Source of the DNA: Candidatus Buchananbacteria bacterium CG10_big_fil_rev_8_21_14_0_10_33_19
GTDB taxonomy: Bacteria > Patescibacteriota > Patescibacteriia > 2-01-FULL-39-33
DNA: 64,000 nucleotides
Assembly (NCBI GenBank): GCA_002773855.1
Contig: PEZY01000012.1
Span: 297,613-361,612 of the forward strand
Direction: 5' to 3'
The notes under the pieces were generated by a model. It worked only from the letters and a program-made list of their open reading frames with translations. It did not search any database and was not told the DNA's origin. How positions within the stretch are numbered: position 1 is the first letter of the stretch; each line of letters begins with the position of its first letter. A program made the position numbers and the translations under genes. Below are positions 55,945 to 64,000 of this stretch, in pieces.

Positions 55945-56631
55945 TTAAATTACATATTTACCAACTTTTTGATCTTGACTTACTTCCCCATTTTCTATGG
56001 TTACTACTCGCTTCTTTAGACCATTAACCACATCTTTATCGTGAGAGACTAAAACCACAGTAGTGCCAAATTCATTTATTTTTAATAATAAATCAATAAT
56101 TTCTTTAGAATTAATAGCGTCTAAATTACCAGTTGGCTCATCAGCTAATAATATTTTTGGTCGATGAATTAAAGCTCGAGCTATGGCTACACGTTGCTTT
56201 TCACCACCAGACATTTCCTGAGGGTAGCGATCTAATTTATCGCCCAAATCTACAATTTTTAAAACTTGAGGCACGATACTGTTAATGCGACTTTTAGTAG
56301 CTCCAGAAACTTCTAAGGCAAAGGCTACGTTTTCAAAAACAGTTTTTTTAGGCAATAATTTAAAATCTTGAAAAACTACCCCTATCTGTCTACGTAGTGA
56401 TGGCACTTGGCGACTTTTAATATTGGTAATGTCCCAACCACCAACAATAATTTTACCTTCACTAGAATCTGGTTTAATTTCCGAAATAAGCAAGCGAGCT
56501 ATGGTAGTCTTACCAGAACCAGATTGACCGACTATCGACACAAACTCACCTGGCTCGATATGCAGATTGATATTTTTTAGAGCCACAGTATTGGGTTCAA
56601 AAGTTTTACTGATATTTATAAGATGAATCAT
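55945..56631 (-). CDS. ftsE: cell division ATP-binding protein FtsE
   Basis: Walker A GQSGSGKTT, LSGGEKQR signature and Walker B. Confidence 0.9.
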   Translation of the reverse strand: MIHLINISKTFEPNTVALKNINLHIEPGEFVSIVGQSGSGKTTIARLLISEIKPDSSEGKIIVGGWDITNIKSRQVPSLRRQIGVVFQDFKLLPKKTVFENVAFALEVSGATKSRINSIVPQVLKIVDLGDKLDRYPQEMSGGEKQRVAIARALIHRPKILLADEPTGNLDAINSKEIIDLLLKINEFGTTVVLVSHDKDVVNGLKKRVVTIENGEVSQDQKVGKYVI

Positions 56632-56638
56632 ATATAAA

Positions 56639-57457
56639 TTATTTTATCTCAATGGGGGTTACTTTAACACTTGATATAATGCCAACACCAGTGCTAGTGG
56701 CTAGTTCTAAAAAGGCAGCTTTAGATAAATCCAACACTCTTTCCTGACACGGACCCATCAAAGCTTGTTCACGTTCTGTCCAATCAGCGCATTTTTTAGG
56801 GCCATAATCTTTAATTGTGACCACTACTTCTTTATTGTTATACATATTATGCACTAAAACTTTGGAATCTATAGCAAAATCACGACTAGCAGCTATTAGT
56901 TCACCTTGATATTTCGGATAAACATACCAAGAAGCCTTGCCGATAATTTCTGATTCATTAAAAATAGCTAACATAATTTTTTTACGTTTTGGTAACTCAA
57001 CAGTTAAAGTTTTATTTAATTCATCTCTCACTGATTCTAATTTTACAAATTGCAATATTGTCCAATCAAAAAAGTAAACTTCTTTATAATGATCATCTGA
57101 TTCATATTTAAGGGTAGCTGTTGGCTGAATAGCAAAGCTAGTATCAGAAATAGGGGTAAAATTAATAAAATATAAATCGGTAGCTGGAGATTTGCCTTCA
57201 GGAATAGTGAAAAAATTACCAATACTGTCTTTATCAACTATTGTTAACATTTTGAGAGTTAATTTTTCAGAAGTTGAATTAGCAAAAAACCTTAAACTTA
57301 TATCATTATTATCTTCTGGAACTAAATCATAATCTTCTACAATCGGATAATTTATTGTCTTAAAATATAGCCAATCTCTGGCTAAGGCAAAATTTGAATT
57401 AAGAACTGACAGCAAAATAAAGAATATAAATATGAATAGTGACAACTTTAATCTCAT
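56639..57457 (-). CDS. RlpA-like lytic transglycosylase (DPBB domain) with an N-terminal unknown domain
   Basis: GKASWY...DFAIDSKVLVHN...VTIKDYGP double-psi beta-barrel motifs. Start trimmed to MRLKLSLFIF, the signal peptide, because the longer ORF overlaps tRNA-Thr. Confidence 0.7.
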   Translation of the reverse strand: MRLKLSLFIFIFFILLSVLNSNFALARDWLYFKTINYPIVEDYDLVPEDNNDISLRFFANSTSEKLTLKMLTIVDKDSIGNFFTIPEGKSPATDLYFINFTPISDTSFAIQPTATLKYESDDHYKEVYFFDWTILQFVKLESVRDELNKTLTVELPKRKKIMLAIFNESEIIGKASWYVYPKYQGELIAASRDFAIDSKVLVHNMYNNKEVVVTIKDYGPKKCADWTEREQALMGPCQERVLDLSKAAFLELATSTGVGIISSVKVTPIEIK

Positions 57458-57496
57458 TATGTTATACTGATTTTTATTAATTATTGTTAACAACAC

Positions 57497-57569
57497 GCCC
57501 ATGTAGCTCAATTGGTAGAGCAACGGTATCGTAAACCGTAGGTTATCGGTTCAATTCCGATCATGGGCT
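57497..57569 (+). tRNA. tRNA-Thr (anticodon CGT)
   Basis: GCCCATG acceptor, anticodon arm ACGGT-ATCGTAA-ACCGT, T-arm ATCGG-TTCAATT-CCGAT; 73 nt. Confidence 0.85.
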
Positions 57570-57574
57570 CAATC

Positions 57575-59002
57575 TTAAATATACCGTTTTATCACAGTAT
57601 TATCAAATAAACTCTTAATGTATAACTCGGTATCAACTGTAATTAATATTTGATTTAATTTAATGCTTTGTTTACCAGAATCTTCATCAATTAACTTAGA
57701 TTCTACCTGATAAATATGATAACCCCAATCATCTCTAACCACCTGATTATACACTTCTCCATCATTTAAAGAAAATAGAGCTGATTCCAGCTCAGCTGGC
57801 AGTTCACCTTGGCTATACCAACCTATGTCACCATTTTGATTTAAATTTGATGAATCGTTGGAATATTGTAAGACTAATGTCTTAAAATCAGCGTCTGATT
57901 GTTGGGAGATAGCTAGCGCGTCGTTAGCATTTTTAAGAGCTTCTTTGGTTACATCTAAACTTTCATCATCAATAATTATTTTTCCCAGAACATCAACAGC
58001 TAAAATTGGCATTAACACATTTTGTTTAAATGTAGCTAAATCCATGCCGTAAGTGCTTTTTATATCTTCAATAGCTTTACTCTCGGAACCAATTTGTTTT
58101 ATAACGCTTTGCATTTCAGTGTCTAATTGCTCTGGAGTTATTGACTGACCATATTTTTTAAGTTCATTTTCAATAATATTGACAGATACCAAGCGATTAA
58201 AAATTTGTTCTTTAGTTTTATCACTGTTTACGGCAGTTGCATTATCATTAAGCTCTAATACACTCTTAACGATACTTAAATCTTTGTAATAATTAGCCAA
58301 ACTAATAGTTCGACCATCAACACTGCCAGCTGGTAGTGGTAGGACATTAATAACCTTCTGACTAACAACGCCGTTCCAACCTAACTTATAAATACCAAAA
58401 ACGTCAACACCTAAAGCAGCTACTAATCCTAAAATTAAAAATACAGCAGCACCTAAAATAAACATTTTTAAATTGCCAATTTTCAGTTTAGGTTTAGATA
58501 TCCTCAAAGAACTAATAGATGGCCTAACAGAGCTATCTGGTCTAAAAAATAATTCTCGTTCTTTAGCCCTATCCTCTGGTGTTCTTGTTTTTTTCTTAGT
58601 AACTGGACTAGGTGCTGGTGTTAATTTTCTTTCGATTTTAGGCTTTGGAGTAGGCTTTTTCTTAATTGCAGTAGATTTTTTAATAGAGGTTTTTTTTCTT
58701 GGTGCATGTTTAGAAGTTGCCTTAACCTCATCAATTTTTGGTTTAATTACTTGTTTAGTTTCTTTTTTAATAATTTCCTTAGAAATATCAGTTTTCATTG
58801 CCTTTTTATTTACAATTGGCTTAGTTTTTGGTTTTTCTTCAACAATCTTAATCGGAGCAGGTTGAGCATTTTTTCTCACTGCTGGTGTTATTTTCTTATT
58901 TTTTGGCTTAATAAATAATTTTTCATTTTTACTAATTTCTGCCAAAACTTCTTTTTTTAATCTTAGTTTTTTTTCTGGTGTTAAATTGTAACTTGAAGCC
59001 AT
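57575..59002 (-). CDS. membrane-anchored peptidyl-prolyl isomerase (parvulin / PrsA-SurA-like) with a Lys/Pro-rich N-terminal region
   Basis: C-terminal PpiC-type PPIase domain; central TM helix. Confidence 0.75.
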   Translation of the reverse strand: MASSYNLTPEKKLRLKKEVLAEISKNEKLFIKPKNKKITPAVRKNAQPAPIKIVEEKPKTKPIVNKKAMKTDISKEIIKKETKQVIKPKIDEVKATSKHAPRKKTSIKKSTAIKKKPTPKPKIERKLTPAPSPVTKKKTRTPEDRAKERELFFRPDSSVRPSISSLRISKPKLKIGNLKMFILGAAVFLILGLVAALGVDVFGIYKLGWNGVVSQKVINVLPLPAGSVDGRTISLANYYKDLSIVKSVLELNDNATAVNSDKTKEQIFNRLVSVNIIENELKKYGQSITPEQLDTEMQSVIKQIGSESKAIEDIKSTYGMDLATFKQNVLMPILAVDVLGKIIIDDESLDVTKEALKNANDALAISQQSDADFKTLVLQYSNDSSNLNQNGDIGWYSQGELPAELESALFSLNDGEVYNQVVRDDWGYHIYQVESKLIDEDSGKQSIKLNQILITVDTELYIKSLFDNTVIKRYI

Positions 59003-59018
59003 AATATATAATATTTAT

Positions 59019-59444
59019 TTATTTTTCAAAAAAATATAACCACCATTTTTTGTAATTGGGGTCGTTTATATTATCACGAGACACTACTACCCCTCCTAAC
59101 ACTTCTGAATTTTGATCAATGGTATTATTGTTTAAATTATTATCTCTTACTACTAGTACCACATTTTCACCAGGCTTTCTGAGACCAAATTTTAATCTCG
59201 CTTCTTTCTCTAATTGCCTACTGGTAGTCCAAGAGTCTATCAACTGACTAATTTCCGAATTCTCTTTTTCTAAACGATCAACATCAACTCGGTATTGTTT
59301 AATTTTTTCGTCAATTTGGTGACGATTTACCACTTCTTTGATTAAATTAATACTCAAAAAGACAGTGACTACTATACAAACAACAATTATTACTCTGGAA
59401 CGAGAAAAATATTGTTTTATGATTTTTTTATATCTTCTTAACAT
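59019..59444 (-). CDS. septum formation initiator, FtsB/DivIC family
   Basis: N-terminal TM, coiled coil, then EKEARLKFGLRKPGE family motif. Confidence 0.75.
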   Translation of the reverse strand: MLRRYKKIIKQYFSRSRVIIVVCIVVTVFLSINLIKEVVNRHQIDEKIKQYRVDVDRLEKENSEISQLIDSWTTSRQLEKEARLKFGLRKPGENVVLVVRDNNLNNNTIDQNSEVLGGVVVSRDNINDPNYKKWWLYFFEK

Positions 59445-59467
59445 TTATATTATAACACAAAAAATAA

Positions 59468-60067
59468 TTAATTAGAAATTAGTCGATTAAATTTATCCTC
59501 ACCTAGTCTTTTTTTTATTCTACTTAAAATTTTTATGGCTTCTTTACCGGCTATCTCACCCTTGGCTTCAAAATAATTTTCTCTTTGGTTAATAATTTTA
59601 CTAACTACTAAAGCTGGGTATTTAATTGATTTTAATTCTATAAAACTATTTTTATCATTTATAAAATATATATAAATATGACCCAAACTAAATATTGTTT
59701 TAAGTAACCCATTTGTTTGATGATTAACATCTTGAATTTTACCATATAAAACAATACTTGATGAACTATTTAAAAAACCCAAACGCTCCATATCAATTAA
59801 TCGTTTATTGGTGATAACCAGAGCAGTATTAGAATAAATTAAATAAACTCTATAGATTAATAATAAAGCTATAATAACTACACTAAAAAATAAAATAACT
59901 CCCCAAGTGCCCTGAAGAAATAAAGGGTAAATTAAAAAAAATGGCAATAAAATCATAGAGATAGCCATAAAAAGTGGTCTAAAATAATGCCACAAAGATT
60001 TTCTAATCACATCTATGATTACTTCATTATCAGCAATGTTTATTTTTTTAATTAATTTATTAGACAT
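59468..60067 (-). CDS. membrane protein with a bacterial PH (bPH_2 / YdbT-like) domain
   Basis: 2 TM hairpin followed by a PH-like domain. Confidence 0.5.
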   Translation of the reverse strand: MSNKLIKKINIADNEVIIDVIRKSLWHYFRPLFMAISMILLPFFLIYPLFLQGTWGVILFFSVVIIALLLIYRVYLIYSNTALVITNKRLIDMERLGFLNSSSSIVLYGKIQDVNHQTNGLLKTIFSLGHIYIYFINDKNSFIELKSIKYPALVVSKIINQRENYFEAKGEIAGKEAIKILSRIKKRLGEDKFNRLISN

Positions 60068-62798
60068 TTAATGTTATCATTTCTTTATTTTTGCTAATCG
60101 GCGGTTGTTTTTTATAATTGCTTTTCCTTTTAACTATAAAATAATGTTTTACTATTTCAATAGCAGTTATTTTAATTAATCCTAATGACAGAATAACCAA
60201 CCATTCCCGACCATTTAAACTAACTGTTTTAAATATAGTCTGTAAAAATGGTACGTATACAGCTGAGATTAAAATAAAAAAAGCAATAATTACAGCACCG
60301 ACTAAATACAAATTACTAAAGATATTTTTTGTAAAAATACTGTGCCTAAGCGATCTAACACTAAACACATAAAGCAATGAATCTATGCCAAGGGCAGTAA
60401 ATATTATAGTCCTAATATGATCTAATCTACCTTCGCCCATAGTGTTAAGTAGATAGATAAACAGTATAAACAGGATAATATCAGTGATAATACCAATGAT
60501 AAATATTAACACTTTCATTTCTTTATTTAGAATAGGTTCACTTTTTTTTCTGGGCTTATCTTCCATAATTTCTGATTCGCCTGGCTCTAAAGTTAAGGCA
60601 ATATTAGGCAAGCCATCAGCTACCAAATTAATCCACAAAATTTGAGTGGCTAAAATTGGCAATGGCAATCCAACTAATAATGAGCCAGTGATTAAAATTA
60701 ATTCAGAGAAACTGTCTGATAGAAGATATAAAACTACTTTTCTAATATTCTCAAATATTATTCTTCCCTGTTCGATAGCGGCCACAATAACTTTAAAATT
60801 ATTGTCCAATAATATAATATCTGCTGTCTCTTTAGTAACGTCAGAACCATCACCCAAGGCAATGCCAATATCGGCACTCTTCAGGGCTGGGGCGTCATTA
60901 ATACCATCGCCAGTCATGGCTACTACTTCTCCTCTAGCCTGCCAAGCGTCAACTACTCTTAATTTATGGCGTGGTTCAACTCGAGCATAAATATCTATAT
61001 TAACCACTCTTGCCTGCAACTCTTCATCTGTCCAATTATCGAGCTCACTACCTTCAACTATATTGCCATCAGTTTTAAACCCAAGCTCATCAAAAATAGC
61101 TTTAGCTGTTAGCCGATGATCACCAGTGATAACCACCGTTCTAATACCAGCTGATTTACAAAGCAATAAAGCTTCTTTCGCTTCTCTCCTAAGTGGATCT
61201 TTAATAGCCACAAAGCCCAGAAAGGTTAAATTTTTTAATTCATCATTACAATTTTTAAAGTCATGGCCAGTCTTATAAGCAAAAGCTAATAGACGTAAAC
61301 CTTTCTTGGTCATGGCTTCATATTTCTTCTTTAAATAATTTAGTTTTTCAAGAGTTAATGTTTCAGCCTTGCCACTGATCATTACCTTACTGCAATATTT
61401 AAAGATTATTTCTGGAGCTCCTTTTGTAAAAATGTGTTGATGCTCAGCTTTTTTATGATTACATAATGTAGCCATAAATTTTTTTTCTGAATCAAAAGGA
61501 ATTTCATCAAGTTGAATATAATCTTTATGTAATTTTTCTGGTACATAGCCAGATTCAATGGCCGCAATAAGTAAAGCCTTCTCTGTTGGACTACCAATTA
61601 TTTTTAAACTTTCCAGTTCAGCCTCTGGGTTTTCAACTACCGCTGCATTGCATAAAACAGACACTTTAGAAATTAAATCTCTAACTTTCTCTACTTCATT
61701 TAATTCTTTGGATTTTGTTAGTTGGTATTCTTTATCCGCAGTTATGATTTTAGAAACCTGCATATTTCCTTCTGTTAATGTGCCAGTTTTATCAGTACAT
61801 ATTACCGATACGCTCCCTAAAGTTTCTGTTGCTACTAACTTTCTGACTAGAGCCTTTTTCTTTAATATAAATTGCATGCCTATTGTTAAAATAATCGTCA
61901 CGGCAATTATTAAGCCTTCGGGAATAGCCGCCACTGCTAAGGCAACTGCTGTGATAAACATTTCCAATGGATCTTTATTTAAAAGAATCCCCACAAAAAA
62001 TATAAGTGAACTTAGAATTAAAACTAAAACAGTCAGCCAATTACTAAATTGAGATAAACCTTTTTGCAAGGGAGTTTTCTCTTCTTTAGTGTCTTTAATT
62101 AATGACGTTATGGCTCCAATTTCTGTATGAATTCCAATTTCACAAACCAAAGCTGTAGTCTTACCCCTAACCACTAAAGTACCCATATAAACCATGTTTT
62201 TCCGATCGGCTAGATAGGTGCCAGTTTTTAAAATTTTATTATTTTTAGATGAAGGTGAAGATTCTCCAGTTAATGTAGCCTCGGTTGTTTGTAAATCTTT
62301 TGAATCGATAACTCGGCAATCAGCTGGCACTTTATCACCGGCTTGAATAAAAACAATGTCACCTGGCACTAAATCTATGGCATCAATTAATTTCTCATTA
62401 CCATCACGTAAAACTCTAGCCGTATTTTTGACTATTTTTTTGAGCTGAGAAACAGCTTTATTAGCTTTATTTTCTTGCCAAAAACCAAAAATCGTATTAA
62501 TTATGACCGCAAAAAATATTACTAAGGCGTCAGTTATATCACCCAAAAATAAAGAAACTGAGCCAGCTACTAGTAAAACATAAACCAGGGGCGATTTTAG
62601 CTGACTAATTAATATTCCTAAAGCTGAAAATTGTTTTTCGGCTGGAATTTTATTGAAGCCATATTTTTTTTGAATCTTTTCATGATCTTTGGAACTTAAA
62701 CCATCTTTACTACTTTTTAACTTCTTAAAACAATCAACTACTGACAATGAATACCAATGTATTCTTGTGAATTCTGGTTTATTTTTTTTAACTGTCAT
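60060..62798 (-). CDS. cation-transporting P-type ATPase (P2-type, Ca2+/Mg2+-like)
   Basis: DKTGTLT phosphorylation site, TGES, GDGINDAPAL hinge, 10 TM helices. Confidence 0.9.
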   Translation of the reverse strand: MTVKKNKPEFTRIHWYSLSVVDCFKKLKSSKDGLSSKDHEKIQKKYGFNKIPAEKQFSALGILISQLKSPLVYVLLVAGSVSLFLGDITDALVIFFAVIINTIFGFWQENKANKAVSQLKKIVKNTARVLRDGNEKLIDAIDLVPGDIVFIQAGDKVPADCRVIDSKDLQTTEATLTGESSPSSKNNKILKTGTYLADRKNMVYMGTLVVRGKTTALVCEIGIHTEIGAITSLIKDTKEEKTPLQKGLSQFSNWLTVLVLILSSLIFFVGILLNKDPLEMFITAVALAVAAIPEGLIIAVTIILTIGMQFILKKKALVRKLVATETLGSVSVICTDKTGTLTEGNMQVSKIITADKEYQLTKSKELNEVEKVRDLISKVSVLCNAAVVENPEAELESLKIIGSPTEKALLIAAIESGYVPEKLHKDYIQLDEIPFDSEKKFMATLCNHKKAEHQHIFTKGAPEIIFKYCSKVMISGKAETLTLEKLNYLKKKYEAMTKKGLRLLAFAYKTGHDFKNCNDELKNLTFLGFVAIKDPLRREAKEALLLCKSAGIRTVVITGDHRLTAKAIFDELGFKTDGNIVEGSELDNWTDEELQARVVNIDIYARVEPRHKLRVVDAWQARGEVVAMTGDGINDAPALKSADIGIALGDGSDVTKETADIILLDNNFKVIVAAIEQGRIIFENIRKVVLYLLSDSFSELILITGSLLVGLPLPILATQILWINLVADGLPNIALTLEPGESEIMEDKPRKKSEPILNKEMKVLIFIIGIITDIILFILFIYLLNTMGEGRLDHIRTIIFTALGIDSLLYVFSVRSLRHSIFTKNIFSNLYLVGAVIIAFFILISAVYVPFLQTIFKTVSLNGREWLVILSLGLIKITAIEIVKHYFIVKRKSNYKKQPPISKNKEMITLNV

Positions 62799-62948
62799 GT
62801 AATAAAATAATTAATAAAATATTATCAACACTTAAGAAGATTTATTAATATATTATAACATAATTACTTAATTAAACTAAAATTATTATAAAAATTTTTA
62901 AAATAAAAAACCCAAGTTTTTCAACTTGGGAATAATTTTTTTATTTAA

Positions 62949-64000
62949 TTAACAAAGAACAGTAGCAGCCAACTCGGCTACTGCTGATCGTTCACTTTTA
63001 AACATAGTCATATGACCAAACATATCATAACCCTTGAGTCTTTCAACTACGTAGGTTAGACCGTTATTGATTGGCGAGAGATATGGCGTATAAATCTGAT
63101 TAGGATCGCCAGTTAAAATTATCTTGGAATTTTCACCAACTCGAGTAATCAAAGCCGCAATTTGGCGAGGCGTCAAATTTTGAGCCTCATCGACAATAAT
63201 AACACAATGATGTTTAGTTGATCCCAGGGCAAAATTAATGGGCTTTATTTCCATTAAGCCATCATGAATATATTCAGCTACTGGATCAACGTAATTAGTA
63301 TCACCATCCTTTTTATACTTCTTACCCAAAATGAGACGCATGTTTTCAATAATTGGTCCACAATAGGGAGCAAATTTTTCAGATTCAGAGCCTGGTAGAT
63401 AGCCGAGTGATTTAGCAATTTCAATATTTGGCCGCCAAACCAATATTCGACTGGGTTTACCATCGTGTTGATGAGTAAATGCTCCATCACCGAGCAACTT
63501 CATGGCCGCTAATATAGCAAGTAGCGTTTTACCGGTACCGGCCTTGCCAACCAAGGTGGCTATTTTAATATTAGGATTAAGCAACATATCATAAGCCAAG
63601 GCTTGCTCAGTATTAATCGGTCCCTTAGCCAATAAACCTCTTTTAGTAGGATCCATTGGCTTAGGCTTATGGACATAGATAAAAATATTATTAGCTTTGT
63701 CATAAATAGCCAAAGTATATTTATCGCCAAATGTTAAATAACAACAAGCATTTGGCAGTAATCCACTAGCTTCTGGTAATTCAATAATTTGAGTCGCTTC
63801 AATTTTACCATTAGACCCTAACTCAGCTTTAAGATGGGCTAATTTTAATGGCAATGGAATAGTCACTACTCCAGAATACAAATCACCCAAAGTATTTATC
63901 TGTTGATCATGAGTATAATCTTCTGTGTTGATACCACACGAGTCGGCTTTAAGTCGAAGATTAATATCTTTGGTTAGTAAAATAACATTGTTGGGCTTTT
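62949..64000 (-). CDS. PhoH-family ATPase with an N-terminal PIN domain (YlaK-like); 5' end lies beyond the window
   Basis: Walker A GKAGTGKT; the frame stays open upstream of the track's TTG start to the window edge (…ILLTKDINLRLKADSCGI = PIN motif). Confidence 0.8.
   Translation of the reverse strand, partial: KPNNVILLTKDINLRLKADSCGINTEDYTHDQQINTLGDLYSGVVTIPLPLKLAHLKAELGSNGKIEATQIIELPEASGLLPNACCYLTFGDKYTLAIYDKANNIFIYVHKPKPMDPTKRGLLAKGPINTEQALAYDMLLNPNIKIATLVGKAGTGKTLLAILAAMKLLGDGAFTHQHDGKPSRILVWRPNIEIAKSLGYLPGSESEKFAPYCGPIIENMRLILGKKYKKDGDTNYVDPVAEYIHDGLMEIKPINFALGSTKHHCVIIVDEAQNLTPRQIAALITRVGENSKIILTGDPNQIYTPYLSPINNGLTYVVERLKGYDMFGHMTMFKSERSAVAELAATVLC

Noticed and set aside
57457-57523. 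N-terminal extension of the RlpA-like ORF (MLYQLSYMGV...)
   Set aside because: It overlaps tRNA-Thr (57497-57569) on the opposite strand. The real start is the Met before the signal peptide, at 57457.
1-64000. Possibility of an alternative genetic code (UGA=Gly, as in some CPR lineages)
   Set aside because: All conserved genes (ribosomal proteins, aaRS) translate full-length with standard stops and TGA is used as a terminator, so this is the standard code.

Overview
This window is an AT-rich (about 30% GC), gene-dense bacterial chromosome segment that reads in the standard genetic code. The gene content and style suggest a small-genome bacterium, possibly a Patescibacteria/CPR-like lineage, but that attribution is inference only. 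It opens with the alpha ribosomal operon (infA-rpmJ-rpsM-rpsK-rpsD-rpoA-rplQ-rplM-rpsI) driven by two tandem consensus sigma70-like promoters. Next comes a surface-polysaccharide cluster (Wzx-like flippase, GT4, two GT2, WecB/TagA-family transferase, large polytopic membrane protein), then housekeeping genes (fmt, def, gltX, serS, lysS, pheST, rlmN, typA, ftsQ-ddl, ftsEX, tRNA-Thr, tRNA-Gln). Three regions are unusual. (1) A roughly 2.5 kb island at about 33.45-35.97 kb has GC near 45-50%, far above the flanks, and no ORF over 80 codons. It carries an orphan feoA, several small Cys-rich ORFs sharing a DCFDF-like motif, and three tandem copies of a roughly 110 nt element whose stems co-vary while the primary sequence diverges. 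(2) A candidate integrated cassette at about 20.27-23.04 kb holds a metallothionein-like 50 aa ORF, a TIM-barrel protein, and a Xer-like tyrosine recombinase sitting beside a heptamer repeat array that includes a dif-like site. (3) A short GC-rich non-coding locus at 54.52-54.74 kb lies next to an AbrB/MazE-like small gene that has a perfect 30 bp palindrome upstream.
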